Assembly (NCBI RefSeq): GCF_009914755.1
Contig: NC_060929.1
Reading direction: 5' to 3' (one strand)
Origin: the human T2T-CHM13v2.0 reference genome, Homo sapiens
DNA: 64,000 bases
The notes under the pieces are model-generated. The model was not told the DNA's origin, did no database searches, and was given only the letters and a program-made list of their open reading frames with translations. The position numbers were made by a program, and so were the translations under genes. This document shows positions 46,204 to 62,900 of the stretch, piece after piece. How positions within the stretch are numbered: position 1 is the first letter of the stretch; every line of letters starts with the position of its first letter.

Positions 46204-47329
46204 CTAGAAAGCTGAACAGAATGTATATCTAATGCCAAATATAACAGGAAGCCACTGTAGGCTTTTGAGCAGATGAAAACTCTTAAGTGCAGTTTTGTGA
46301 TTAGCCTGCAGTGATATGCAAGAGGGCTTGGGGGAAGATGAACTTAGAGAGACCAGCTTGAGCCTAGAGGAGGAGTTTAAATCAGGAGTACTACATCGGG
46401 GGATTTGGGAAGGGCCAGTTAACACTGTAAAGGAAGAAATGACAAGTCTTGAATATTCCCTGTCTCACTGTTCACAATTCCAATGGGACATTTCAGGAAC
46501 GAGTAGTGGAGGTCAGAGGGTGTATATGATCATTTCTCTGATATCATCTTATGTAGGTATTTTGCTACTCAACTCCTTTGGATGCCATCTGTGTGAATAA
46601 CTGATCTTTCTCCAAGAAAGAATAGAGTGTGGTGTGGTGTTTAAATGCATAAGTGCTAGGATATTCGTACTCTCTCCCCCGACCCCTTTATAGAAGAGAA
46701 TGGAAATTTTAAAAGGTAAAATTGAGTAACTAGAAACAATTAAGAGAAAAATACTGGGAAAAAAGATTGCTAAGAAGGGAAAGGTAAGCAAAGGGGAGCC
46801 AGGGAATAAAAATAAAGAAAAACAGGAAAAGGAAGAGACAGAAACTGGACAAGAAGCAGACAGCCCAGCTTCTCAGGGTTCGAATTGCCTCAGTGAAAAG
46901 CCAGTCTCTAAGTGCCACCTGTGTCTGCCAGAAGAAAGGTAGAATTATACAGCTTACAGACTTTTCCCCTCCTTTTGATTCTGCAGATAACTGATGCCCA
47001 AAGAGGTCAAATGACCTGCACAAGATTAGATGACTATTGCCACTGGAGACAGGTTGAGAATGCAGGTCTGGAATAGAGTGTGGCATGGTCTTTATTCCAG
47101 TCCCACACTTCTTTGTCCAGAAAGGATAGTGCATAGTGTTAGGGACTGCCTAGTTTAGATAATACCATTCTGACCACCAAATTGTGCTGCTGTGGTCCAT
47201 ATTTCATTCAGATGTGAAGAAAGTAGAACATAAAAACTAAAGAAGAGAAGGTGCTATCATAAGAGAAAAAGAAACAAATAGGAAATAAAAGACGAATCAG
47301 AAATAAGAAACTAAAAGAAAAAACATTCC

Positions 47330-48930
47330 TCAAACAATCTTGAAAAAAGAGAACAAAGTTTGAGTTCTCACACTTCCTGATTTCAAAACTTATTTTATTA
47401 CAAAGCTACAGTAACCAAAACAGTGTGGTACTATCATAAAGACAGACTTAGACCAATGGAACAAAATAGAGAGCTCAGAAATAATCTCTCACATATAGGA
47501 TTAAATAACTTTCAAGGAGGATCCCAAGACTGTTCAGTGGGTAAAGGACAGTCTCTTCAACAAATAGTGTTGGGAAAACTGGATATCCATAAACAAAATA
47601 ATGAAATTGGACCCTCACCTCACACCATATACAAAGATTAACTCAAAATGGACCAAAGACCTAAATATACGACCTAAAATTATGTAACTCTTAAAAGAAA
47701 ATAGAAGGAATGCTTCTTGACTTTGGATTTGGCAAGGATTTCTTGGATATGACACAAGAAGCACAGGTAACAAAAATAAAAATAAATAAATTGGAATACA
47801 TCAAAATTAAAAAATTTCTGTGCATTAAAGAGCAAACATGGAGTGAAAAAAGCAAATTGTGGAATGGGAGAAAACATTTGCAAATGATATAAAGAACTCC
47901 TACAACTTAACAATATCAGAAAACAAATAATCTATTAAAAATGGGCAAAGTTCTTATATAGACATTTCTCCATACATGATATTCAAATAACCAATAAACA
48001 TATTAGAAGATGCTCAACATCACTAATCATTGGAGAAATTCAAATCAAAACCACCTCACACTCATTAGGATGGATGTTATAAAACTAAAACCAAACCAGA
48101 AAATAACAAGTGTTGCTAAGAATGTGAAGAAATTGAAACCCTTTTGCATCGCTGGTGGGAATGTACAATGGTGCAGTTGCTATGCAATTCCTCAAAAAAT
48201 TAAATACAGAATTATCATATGATCTAGTATCCTCCACTTCTAGCTATATAGCCAAAAGACTTGAAAGCAGGTCTTGAAGAAAAATTTGCACATCTATGTT
48301 TATATCAGCATCATTCACAATAGGCAACAGGCAGAAGCAACCCAAGTGTCCATTGGTGGATGACTGAAAAAACAAAATGGACTGCATACTATTATATATA
48401 CATAATATCAATACATATATACATGCATACATATATATGTATTTACATATATATACATATATACCAAAAGTCCATGGACTCACGTATGTGTGTGTGTGTG
48501 TGTGTATACGTATTATATATATATATACATGGTATACATGCACACACGGAATATTATTCAGACTTAGAAAGGAAGGAAATTTTGATACATACTACAACAT
48601 GGGTGAACCTTAAGGATAATATTTTAAGTGAAATAAGTCACTTACAAAATGACAAATACTATATATACCACTTATATGAGGTTATCTAGAGTAGGGAAAT
48701 TCACGGAAAAAGAAAGTAGAATGGTGTTTTCCAGGGGCTGAAAGGGGAGAAATGGAGAGTTGTTTAATGAATATTGAGTGCCAGTCTTGTAAAATGAAAA
48801 AGTTCTGGAGATTGGTTGCACACAAATGTGAATATATATAACACTCCTGAACTGTACAGTTAGAAATAGTTGAGATGGTAAATTTTATGTTATTTTTTTT
48901 ACCACAATTAAAAATTTTTTAAAAATAAAA
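47330..48930 (+). mobile_element. L1MA/L1MB ORF2 end and 3'UTR
   Basis: cacacttcctgatttcaaaac..; 3' end aaaagttctggagattggttgcac..taccacaattaaaaa. Confidence 0.85.
48385..48546. repeat. (TA)n/(TG)n compound microsatellite
   Basis: Direct observation. Confidence 0.85.
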
Positions 48931-49350
48931 TGAGAAATAAAAGTATTTAATGCCATAATCTGTTCATATCCTTATACTCTCCCCAGAAATGTTTATAAAA
49001 CTAATGTAATTGAGAAAATTAACATCTCTTTTTTAAACATTTATTTGACCTATTCATGAGTAGACAAACATGTAGCTCATTCACATATAGATAAAAATAT
49101 CTCATTTTAATTTTAATTAATTTTATTTTATTTTATTTTTTTATTATACTTCTTTAAGTTTTAGGGTACATGTGCACATTGTGCAGGTTAGTTACATATG
49201 TATACATGTGCCATGCTGGTGCGCTGCACCCACTAACTCGTCATCTAGCATTAGGTATATCTCCTGATGCTATCCCTCCCCCCTCCCCCTACCCCACGAC
49301 AGTCCCCAGAGTGTGATATTCCCCTTCCTGTGTCCATGTGATCTCATTGT

Positions 49351-53205
<3,855 letters not shown>

Positions 53206-53241
53206 TTAGTTGATGCAGTTTCTTCCTAGTCTCGATGGTCT

Positions 53242-54258
53242 TTACATTTTGGCATGATTTTGCAGCGGCTGGTACCGGTTGTTCCTTTCCATGTTTAGTG
53301 CTTCCTTCAGGAGCTCTTGTAAGGCAGGCCTGGTGGTGACAAAATCTCTCAGCATTTGCTTGTCTGTAAAGGATTTTATTTCTCCTTCACTTATGAAGCT
53401 TAGTTTGGCTGGATATGAAATTCTGGGTTGAAAATTCTTTCCTTTAAGAATGTTGAATATTGGCCCCCACTCTCTTTTGGCTTGTAGGGTTTCTGCCGAG
53501 AGATCCGCTGTTAGTCTGATGGGCTTCCCTTTGAGGGTAACCCGACCTTTCTCTCTGGCTGCCCTTAACATTTTTTCCTTCATTTCAACTTTGGTGAATC
53601 TGATAATTATGTGTCTTGGAGTTGCTCTTCTCGAGGAGTATCTTTGTGGCATTCTCTGTATTTCCTGAATCTGAACGTTGGCCTGCCTTGCTAGATTGGG
53701 GAAGTTCTCCTGGATAATATCCTGCAGAGTGTTTTCCAACTTGGTTCCATTCTCCTCATCACTTTCAGGTACACCAATCAGACGTAGATTTGGTCTTTTC
53801 ACATAGTCCCATATTTCCTGGAGGCCTTGCTCATTTCTTTTTATTCTTTTTTCTCTAAACTTCCCTTCTCGCTTCATTTCATTCATTTCATCTTCCATTG
53901 CTGATACCCTTTCTTCCAGTTGATCGCATCGGCTCCTGAGGCTTCTGCATTCTTCACGTAGTTCACGAGCCTTGGTTTTCAGCTCCATCAGCTCCTTTAA
54001 GCACTTCTCTGTATTAGTTATTCTAGTTATACATTCTTCTAAATTTTTTTCAAAGTTTTCAACTTCTTTGCCTTTGGTTTGAATGGCCTCCTGTAGCTCA
54101 GAGTAATTTGATCGTCTGACACCTTCTTCTCTCAACTCGTCAAAGTCATTCTCCATCCAGCTTTGTTCCATTGCTGGTGAGGAACTGCGTTCCTTTGGAG
54201 GAGGAGAGGTGCTCTGCTTTTTAGACGTTCCAGTTTTTCTGCTCTGTTTTTTCCCCAT
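53242..54258 (-). CDS. Intact L1 ORF1p (338 aa)
   Basis: MGKKQSRKTG...REKG...REWG...YPAKLS...NHAKM, canonical length with no stops. Confidence 0.93.
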   Translation of the reverse strand: MGKKQSRKTGTSKKQSTSPPPKERSSSPAMEQSWMENDFDELREEGVRRSNYSELQEAIQTKGKEVENFEKNLEECITRITNTEKCLKELMELKTKARELREECRSLRSRCDQLEERVSAMEDEMNEMKREGKFREKRIKRNEQGLQEIWDYVKRPNLRLIGVPESDEENGTKLENTLQDIIQENFPNLARQANVQIQEIQRMPQRYSSRRATPRHIIIRFTKVEMKEKMLRAAREKGRVTLKGKPIRLTADLSAETLQAKREWGPIFNILKGKNFQPRISYPAKLSFISEGEIKSFTDKQMLRDFVTTRPALQELLKEALNMERNNRYQPLQNHAKM

Positions 54259-55162
54259 CTTTGTGGTTTTATCTACTTTTGGTCTCTGATGATGGTGATG
54301 TACAGATAGGTTTTTGGTGTGGATGTCCTTTCTGTTTGTTAGTTTTCCTTCTAACAGAGAGGAGCCTCAGCTGCAGGTCTGTTGGAATACCCTGCCGTGT
54401 GAGGTGTCAGTGTGCCCCTGCTGGGGGGTGCCTCCCAGTTAGGCTGCTCAGGGGTCAGGGGTCAGGGACCCACTTGAGGAGGCAGTCTGCCCGTTCTCAG
54501 ATCTCCAGCTGCGTGCTGGGAGAACCACTGCTCTCTTCAAAGCTGTCAGACAGGGACATTTAAGTCTGCAGAGGTTACTGCTGTCTTTTTGTTTGTCTGT
54601 GCCCTGCCCCCAGAGGTGGAGCCTACAGAGGCAGGCAGGCCTCCTTGAGCTGTGGTGGGCTCCACCCAGTTGGAGCTTCCCAGCTGCTTTGTTTACCTAA
54701 TTAAGCCTGGGCAATGGCGGGCGCCCCTCCCCCAGCCTCGCTGCCACCTTGCAGTTTGATCTCAGACTGCTGTGCTAACAATCAGCGAGACTCCGTGGGT
54801 GTAGGACCCCCAGAGCCAGGTGCGGGATATAATCTCGTGGTGCGCCGTTTTTTAAGCCCGTCGGAAAAGCGCAGTATTCGGGTGGGAGTGACCCGATTTT
54901 CCAGGTGCCGTCCGTCACCCCTTTCTTTGACTCAGAAAGGGAACTCCCTGACCCCTTGCGCTTCCCGAGTGAGGCAATGCCTCGCCCTGCTTCGGCTCGC
55001 GCACGGTGTGCGCACCCACTGACCTGCGCCCACTGTCTGGCACTCCCTAGTGAGATGAACCCGATACCTCAGCTGGAAATGCAGAAATCACCATCTTCTG
55101 CGTCGCTCACGCTGGGAGCTGTAGACCTGAGCTGTTCCTATTCGGCCATCTTGGCTCCTCCC
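54259..55162 (-). promoter_or_regulatory. L1 5'UTR CpG-rich bidirectional promoter
   Basis: Intact YY1 motif (ggccatcttg near 55144-55153); many CpGs retained at 54700-55150. Confidence 0.8.
54714..55022 (+). CDS. L1 ORF0 (102-aa variant), hypothetical
   Basis: gcaATGg context; MAGAPPPASLPPCSLISDCCANNQRDSVGVGP matches ORF0. Confidence 0.5.
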   Translation: MAGAPPPASLPPCSLISDCCANNQRDSVGVGPPEPGAGYNLVVRRFLSPSEKRSIRVGVTRFSRCRPSPLSLTQKGNSLTPCASRVRQCLALLRLAHGVRTH

Positions 55163-55938
55163 TCAATTTATTTTAAATTACATTTTAAAATTTTATTTCT
55201 CAGAGATGTTAGAACATACTTCTTAACTCATGAAATCTGTTATCTTTGTGTGCATGGATGAAAAAAAAGCTATCCCATAACATTTTCCCCATACCCTTAT
55301 CTCCAGCCCATCAGTAACATCTTTTCTAATCAGATTATAAAAGAGAGAAGATAAAATAAACTAACTGCATCTTGGAAAGAGTATGAGCATGAAGGCATTG
55401 TCTAACATTGTTACAGTAGCCTGTTGTCTCCATGTAGAAAGTGAAGAACCTGGATTCATTTGCTCAAAGAATAGAAAGCACTTTCTATTTTCAAGGAACT
55501 TTCAGTCTAGAGAGATATGATTTGCCACAATTGCATATGATTAATACATATCTATAAATAATCTCAGATAAGGAATATATAAGACATAGTCCTAGATGAA
55601 GAAAACACAAAAATTTGCATATAAAAATATATACCTTGTTATTTATATGTATGTATATACATACACACACATATTCCTTATATTTACACAGTCTTTTAAA
55701 TATATTTATACAGTATTTCTATTAATTAGGGAATATACATGTATATATGCACACCATAGACATACACACCTTTTCTAAGGTGGATATTTTATTATCATCA
55801 GTTCTGTACAAGTTAATAATTTCATTTAAAATCCTAACAAACAGATATCTTCTTAAAAATCTGATAAAATTATTTTAAATTCACTTGAACATAAAAGGAA
55901 ACATTCATGAATGACTAAAATACATTTAAGCATTAAAG

Positions 55939-56274
55939 CCAGGGTCCCCAACCCCCAAGCCATGGACTAGTACTGGTCCATGGCCTGCTAGGAACCAGGC
56001 AGCACAGCAGCAGGTAAGCAGTGGGTGAGTGAGTGAAGCCGAGTTTTGCCTCCTGTCACATCAGCGGAGGCATTAGATTCTTATAGGAGCATGAACCCTA
56101 TCGTGAGCTGCGCATGCAAGGAACGTAAGTTACGTGCTCCTTATGAGAACCTAATGATAAATGTAATGCATTTGAATCATCCCAAAACCATCCACCACCC
56201 GACCCCACCCCTGTCCATGGAAAACTGCCTTCCATGAAATTGGTCCCTGGTGCCAAAATGGTTGGGGACTCCTG
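55939..56274 (+). mobile_element. MER1B (hAT-Charlie MITE)
   Basis: TIRs cagggtccccaacc / ggttggggactcctg; perfect 8-bp TSD cattaaag at 55931-55938 and 56275-56282; about 336 bp. Confidence 0.9.
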
Positions 56275-57054
56275 CATTAAAGTACAAGAGGAGTCATGTT
56301 CTATCAAGTGTTTTAGAATCAAGACTGTTACTTATTTTAAAATTTTCTTTCATATCATATTATAGTACTATAATAGTACCGAAATAGTTAAGTACTAAAA
56401 AATGTTTGCCAAAGTAAAACATATCATAGCACTGTAGTCCTTAAAACAATTCCAAAATAATTCTACTCATAGGAATTGATTTTGCAAATATTCTCACATA
56501 GTTTTGAATTCACATATGCATAAAGCTATTCACTGTAACATTGTTTTTGATAGCCAGAAAAGAGAAACAATCTTCCTGTCCATCAATAGGGAACATGTTT
56601 AATTAATTAGAACACATCTATGACTCAAATAATATATTGTTGTAATACTGAATGAAGAGGCTTTTTATCTGACTACATGGAAATATCTTCAAGATTTACT
56701 GTTAATTTCCAAAAAAAAAACCCACCAAAAAACAGAAACAAAAACAAAAAAATAACAGCAAAGTGCAGAACAATGATTATATTATGTTAGCATTGTGGAA
56801 AAAAAGTTTATTTTATTTATCTGCTGTATTTGTATATATTTTATGTATATCTAGGATAATGTATAATAGACTAACAATAGTGTTTGCCCGTAGGAAAATT
56901 AAATGGGCAAATAAAAATGACAGGGAACCATTTTTACTTTTGGACTTTTGAACCATGTGAATTTATATTATTTAAAAAATAATATAAAAATAAGAAACCA
57001 AAAACTCTAAATAGTGTACTTCTATAATTTACACAGAAAAATAAAGCAAAGATA

Positions 57055-57341
57055 GTTCTCACTCATAGGTGGGAATTGAACAATGAGAACACATGGACAC
57101 AGGAAGGGGAACATCACACACTGGGGCCTGTTTTGGGGTGGGGGAAGCGGGAGGGATAGCATTAAGCGATAAGCGATATACCTAATGTTAAATGAAGAGT
57201 TAATGGGTGCAGCACACCAACATGGCATATGTATACATATGTAACAAACCTGCACGTTGTGCACATGTACCCTAAAACTTAAAGTATAATAAAAAATAAT
57301 AAAAATTAAAAAAATAAAAAAATAAAAATAAATAAATAAAT
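57055..57341 (+). mobile_element. L1PA5/6-like 3' end
   Basis: L1PA 3'UTR with long A-rich tail; 18-bp TSD aaaaataaagcaaagata at 57037-57054 and 57342-57359. Confidence 0.9.
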
Positions 57342-57409
57342 AAAAATAAAGCAAAGATAAACCGTAGTGTGTACAGTGTATGATAAGGACAGCATCAAAA
57401 ATCAAAAAG

Positions 57410-60240
57410 AGGATCCTGATTTCCAGTCTGGCATGTAAGGAGCTTAGAAGTTATCACTTCATCCTAACAAGCAAAAAGCTGATAAAACTGAAAAATCAAC
57501 AACTCTTCTTAGATATTTCAGAAAAAATGAGTTCACAGGGCAAACCACTGCCCCCAAAATTGGAGAGATGGGCAGATGCAGAAAATCACAACCTACCAAA
57601 TAGGGAACCTTCCTACGAAACAGTCCTGGGTAGGAAAACCTGAACTCTGACAAACTGCTAAAAACTCAGTGTATTCTAGTCTGAGAGTTAAAAACTCAGG
57701 GGGCTCAAGTCATAGGAGGACCCCTAAGCCTTTGTGATTTTTACTTTTAGGGGCTCTAGCAGGATCTTGCCATGACCACCAGAGAGAAATCCCCTTGTTC
57801 CTCTGGCAGGGAATGGGAAAAAAGTAGGCATTTAAAATACATCCCAGAGCCTGTGTTCTTAACAAGGCCTGCCCTCAGGGGAAGCTATTTTACCAGTGCC
57901 TAACCTACTAGAGTTTCATCAGTTTATAAGAGCCTAAGTAGTCTAGTAGAATACCCAACTCCATCCTCCTCTGGCCACCCTGTCTTACCTAAGGAGTGAG
58001 TGAGGGGATTGAGAAGCACTTGTAAAGGTCACAGCCCAGGGCACAGGCTCACTAAAAGCCTGAAACCTAATCACAGGACTACAGAATGCTTTCTCTCCCT
58101 TCATACTTACCACCACACCACTAAAGGCCTATCTACAGCAGTTTCTTTTACACAGTACATCATGTCAAGATTTCTGTTGGGGGAACCCGCCCCAATATTT
58201 CAACGTAGGTTCTTTCTATAAGTGTCAGCCAGCTGAGAAATAAAGAGAGACAGTACAAAGAGAGGAATTTTACAGCTGGGCCGCCAGGGGTGACATCACA
58301 TATCGGTAGGACCATGATGCCCATCTGAGTCTCAGACCAGCAAATTTTTATAAAGGGTTTCAAAAGGGGAGGGAATGTAAGAACAGGGAGTAGGTACAAA
58401 GATCACATGCTTCAAAAGGCAAACAGCAGAACTACTAGTAAGGGTCTAACAAAGATCACATGCTTCTGAGGGAACAGGACAGAGGGCAAAAGTAGAACTA
58501 CTGATAAGGGTCCAACAAAGATCAGAAGGCAAAGGGCAAAAGCAGAACTGCTGATAAGGGTCTATGTTCAGCAGTGCACGTATTTTCTTGATAAACATCT
58601 TAAATAACAGAAAACAGCGTTCAAGAGCAGAGAACTGGTCTGACCACAAATTTACCAGGGCAGAGTGTTTCCCCACCTTAGTAAGCCTGAGGGTACTGCA
58701 GGAGACCAGGTTGTATCTCAGTCCTTATCTCAACCTCATAAGACAGACAAGTCCAGAGTGGCTGTTTATAGACCTCCTCCCAGGAATGCATTCCTTCCCC
58801 AGGGTATTAACATTGATATTCCTTGCTAGGAAAAGAATTTAGCGATATCCTCCCTACTTGCACGTCCATTTATAGGCTCTCTACAAGAAGAAAAATATGG
58901 CTCTTTTTGCCCAACCCCGCAGGCAGTCAGACCTTATGGTTGTCTTCCCTTGTTCCCTAAAAATCGCTGTTATTCTGTTCTTTTTCAAGATGCACTGATT
59001 TCATATTGTTCAAACACACATGTTTTACAATCAATTTGTACAGTTAACACAATTATCACAGTGGTCCTGAGGTTACGTACGTCCTCAGCTTACGAAGATA
59101 GATAACAGGATTAAGAGATTAAAGACAGGCATAAGAAATTATAAAAGTATTATTTGGGAACTGATAAATGTCCATGAAATCTTCACAATTTGTGTTCCTC
59201 TGCCACGGCTCCAGCCGGTCCCTCCATTTGGGGTCCCTGACTTCCCACAACAAATTTCAACAAGTAACTACTACAAAGCAAAAAACACATTTGAAGAGAC
59301 ACAGCAATCATAAGATCCAGATGCAGGCATGGCAGGGATGTTGGAATTATCTGACTGGGAATGTAAAACTGTGATTACTATGCTAAGGAATGTAATGGAA
59401 AAGGTAGACAGCATGCAAGAGCAGAGGAATAAGGTAAGCAGAGAAATGAAAATTGTTAAGAAAGAATAAAAAAGAAATCCTAGAGATAAAAAACACTGTA
59501 AGAGAAATGAAGAATGCCTTTGATAGGCTCAGTAGTAGACGAGATGTGGCTGAGGAAAGAATCTCTGAGTTTGAGGATTTATCAATAGAAACTTCCAAAA
59601 TGGAAAAGTAAAGAAAAAAAATGGAACAAAATAGCCAAGGACAGTGAAACACCTACAAAATGTGTAATATACCTGCAATGGGAATACCAGCAGGAGAAGA
59701 AAGAGACAGAGGAACAAAAAATGTTAGAACCAATAATGTCTAAAAATTACCCCTAAATTAATGCTACACAATAAACCACAGATCAAGGAAGCTCCAAGAA
59801 TACCAAAAAAATTGAATAACAAAAAAAACTATACATAAGCATATCATATTCAAATTGTAGATCATCAAAGATAAAAAAAAATCTAAAAAGGAGCCAAAGG
59901 TGGGGGAAAAACCCACCTTAACTATAGAGGAACAAAGATAAGAATTACATCTGATGTCTCAGAAACCATACAAAGCAAGGAGAGAATGGACTAAGATATC
60001 TAAAGTGTTTTGAGAAAAAAACTCACCTACCTAGAATTCTGGACCCTGAGAAATTATCCTTTAAAAGTGAAGGAGAAATAAAGACTTTCCTGGACAAACA
60101 AAAATTAGGAGATTTGTTTTCAGCAGACTTGCCTTGCAAGAAATGTTATCAGAAATTCTTCAGAGACAAGGATAATGATATAGGTCAGACACTAAGATTA
60201 TGTAAAGAAAGTAAAAGCATTCGAGAAAGAATAAGTGAAC
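57410..60240 (+). mobile_element. L1M 5'UTR and ORF1, split by MER11
   Basis: aaactgaaaaatcaacaactcttcttagat; ORF1 remnants gaaatgaagaatgcctttgataggctc and cctagaattctggaccctgagaaattatcctttaaaagtgaaggagaaataaagac. Confidence 0.75.
58175..59252 (-). mobile_element. MER11 solo LTR (HERV-K11/HML-8)
   Basis: Ends tgttgggggaacc / gggtccctgacttcccacaaca; internal repeats aaaagcagaactactgataagggtc; 6-bp TSD gatttc/aatttc. Confidence 0.88.
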
Positions 60241-60705
60241 CCTAAGTGACATAAGAGGGTGCATCCAGCCTGACACACTATAGCCAGCAGCACCTTCAAA
60301 TGGAATGACCATGTGCAGGGTCACACAATTTCAGAGCAACATGGTAGGAGCCACTTGCAGGCCGGGCTGCAGCTCCCTGTAAAAGCGTCTCTTCTGCTTA
60401 CATGTTCACTAGCCCAGTAACAAACCAAGCATACCTAAAAAACCTTCCCTGGAAGGAGGGGCAACCCACTGACACCCATTTGACTGAAGGGCTGAAACGA
60501 GGGAAATGAAATGTTAAAGCAATATCCTACAGATTATGGCCACTGCATTTGGTTGGTTTGTTCAGAGCTGTTCAGGAGGAAGTACATGCACAAAATCTCT
60601 TTGATGAAACATCTTGTGGCACACTGTGATAGAAAGGCCCCTTGTGCAGAACCAGGATGTTTTGGGGATGAGCTATGTTTGTCTTAAGCAGGGCCAGGCT
60701 GTGTT

Positions 60706-61130
60706 TGTCAGGCCTCTGAGCCCAAGCTAAGCCATCATATCCCCTGTGGCCTGCACTTATACATCCAGATGGCCTGAAGCAACTGAAGATCCACAAAAGA
60801 AGTGAAAATAGCCTTAGCTGATGGCATTCCACCATTGTGATTTGTTTCTCCCCCACCCTTAAGAAGGTTCTTTGTAATCTCCCCTGCCCTTAAGAAGATT
60901 ATTTGTAATTCTCCCCACCCTTGAGAAGGCACTTTGTGAGATCCACCCCCTGCATGCAAAACATTGCTCCTAACTCCACCGCCTATCCCAAAACCTATAA
61001 GAACTAATGATAATCCCACCACGCTTGCTGACTCCTTTCAGACTCAGCCCGCCTGCACCCAGGTGAAATAAACAGCCTTGTTGCTCACACAAAGCCGTTT
61101 GGTGGTCTCTTTACACAGACACTTTAGACA
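60706..61130 (+). mobile_element. LTR7-family (HERV-H, LTR7B/C-like) solo LTR
   Basis: tgtcaggcctctgagcccaagctaagcc...three ccctt(a/g)agaag..tttgt repeats...gaaataaacagcc...gaca; perfect 5-bp TSD gtgtt. Confidence 0.92.
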
Positions 61131-61901
61131 GTGTTGATACTCCCTATGCATCCTTCTATCCTTTTGCCTGAAGCTGCACTGACCCCCTACTTCCTCCTTT
61201 AGTGTGCATTAGATAGCGCTGCCAGGTCTCCCTACTTTCAGCCAAAACCTTAGATAGCCATGAACACCTTAGTGAGAATAATCAGACAAGGAATTCATTC
61301 ATTCACAGCAAAAACTAAGTACCTTTCCAAAAGGCACTTATTTCCCATATTAGGCTTATACTGAAGTGTGGAACAGCAGTATGCTCTGTTTCCGAGTTTG
61401 AGGAAACTTGGGGAGAGGCAGATGTCTTTCCATGGGCAGCTGAAATCACAGCATGGCCCATTCCTGACAATCCATGCTTAAGTGTCTGTAAGGCAATGGT
61501 GTCTCTTTATTCGGAAAAATTTCCCTAGAGACGTTCTGTGTATCTGAAAAGGACCCATCTTGTGTCCATCCAGCACTGTTCTTTGTAGAACTGAATCACC
61601 CCACCAAAGAGTTTCCATGACAAAAAGGTCAAAGGCCTGACTTTAGGTTTAGGCTACGGGAATGATAGCATCCTGGAGCACCCTGTTTCTGTGTATAAAG
61701 AACTGCAAGGTGAAAGTCAGCAGTCTCAAGACTTTCTAATAGCTCAAGGCTAAGAAAAACATCTTTTCCATGGTGACTCTCATGGCTTTGTTTATAGACA
61801 CAGAAGCTAGCCTCCAGCCCCAAGCAGAAGTTTGCTGGAATTTATTTGTTGGAGGTGGTAGTATCTTGTTTGTATTGTTAATAAAGCAACTTCTTTAGAA
61901 G

Positions 61902-61910
61902 TATATATAT

Positions 61911-61941
<31 letters not shown>

Positions 61942-62012
61942 CGTATATATATACACACACACATATGTATGTGTATGTATATATACGTATATATATATAT
62001 ATATATATATAT
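61902..62012. repeat. (TA)n/(CA)n compound microsatellite
   Basis: Direct observation. Confidence 0.9.
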
Positions 62013-62069
62013 GGAAAGGGATGAAGTACAAAAAAATGAAGTTGGTGATGGTAATAATAATATGATGCT

Positions 62070-62260
62070 GATGACGATAATGATAGCTAACCTATCTAAC
62101 ATTCAGAATGTGTCAGACACTGCTCTCTGCACATTACATGTTATAATTCGTACTTACCTTACCAAACTTATGAAGTAGGTATTATTGTATTTAATTTACA
62201 AATGAGGAAACTGAGGTAAAAAGAGATTAAGTTCATAGTATATAGCTAGTACCTAGCTTA
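62070..62260 (-). mobile_element. MIR (another MIR remnant at about 62705-62895)
   Basis: atgtgtcagacactgctct..tttacaaatgaggaaactgagg. Confidence 0.7.
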
Positions 62261-62900
62261 GTAGGTTATAGATTTAAAAATTAGTTTCTTGCCCATATCG
62301 TATACCAAAATAAATTCTAAGAGAATTTAATTTAAACAGTTAAATCACAAAATTAAATCAGAAAATAACTAGAAGAGAATTTTTTTGAATATTTATATGA
62401 TGTCTGATGGGGTAAGATATTTTCCAAGCATAAATACAGTGAAAGAAATCATAAAGGGAAATCTCAACATCTCTAAACACCTACTTTTAACTTTGAAGTG
62501 TCTACAAGCACACAAAATTAAGAAGCAAAACATGCTCCTGAAAAGCAAAAAAAATACTCCTAATGGCTAATACCCTCAATACGTAAAGTGCTTATAAAAG
62601 TCAATAAGAAAAACAATAATACCTTGAAAGATAGATGATCAAAGAATAGGAAAAGACAATTCACAAAAGAAAAAAATAAACATTACTAGGGCTATATGAA
62701 AAATAATAATAATAGCTATTATTGAGTTTTTAATCTGGGCCAGGAACTGTACTAAATAATTTTATTAAATTATTAAATCTTCAAAACAGTTGTGTATGGT
62801 ATGCATACCCAAGATCACAAAGTTAGTAAGTAATGGGAATAGGAACCCAGGTCTGGCCAACTCCAGACTCATTATTTAACCATTATAGTATACTTCCTCC

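Noticed and set aside
58395-60940. Repeat-spacer-like patterns suggesting a CRISPR array
   Set aside because: Ordinary internal repeats of the MER11 and LTR7 U3 regions; irregular spacing, eukaryotic DNA, no cas genes
61626-61638. DR1-like nuclear receptor motif AGGTCA-A-AGGCCT
   Set aside because: A single imperfect short motif; cannot be distinguished from chance without ChIP or conservation data
61807-62178. Tyr/Ile-rich ORFs (also 48244-48689)
   Set aside because: Translations of (TA)n/(CA)n microsatellites
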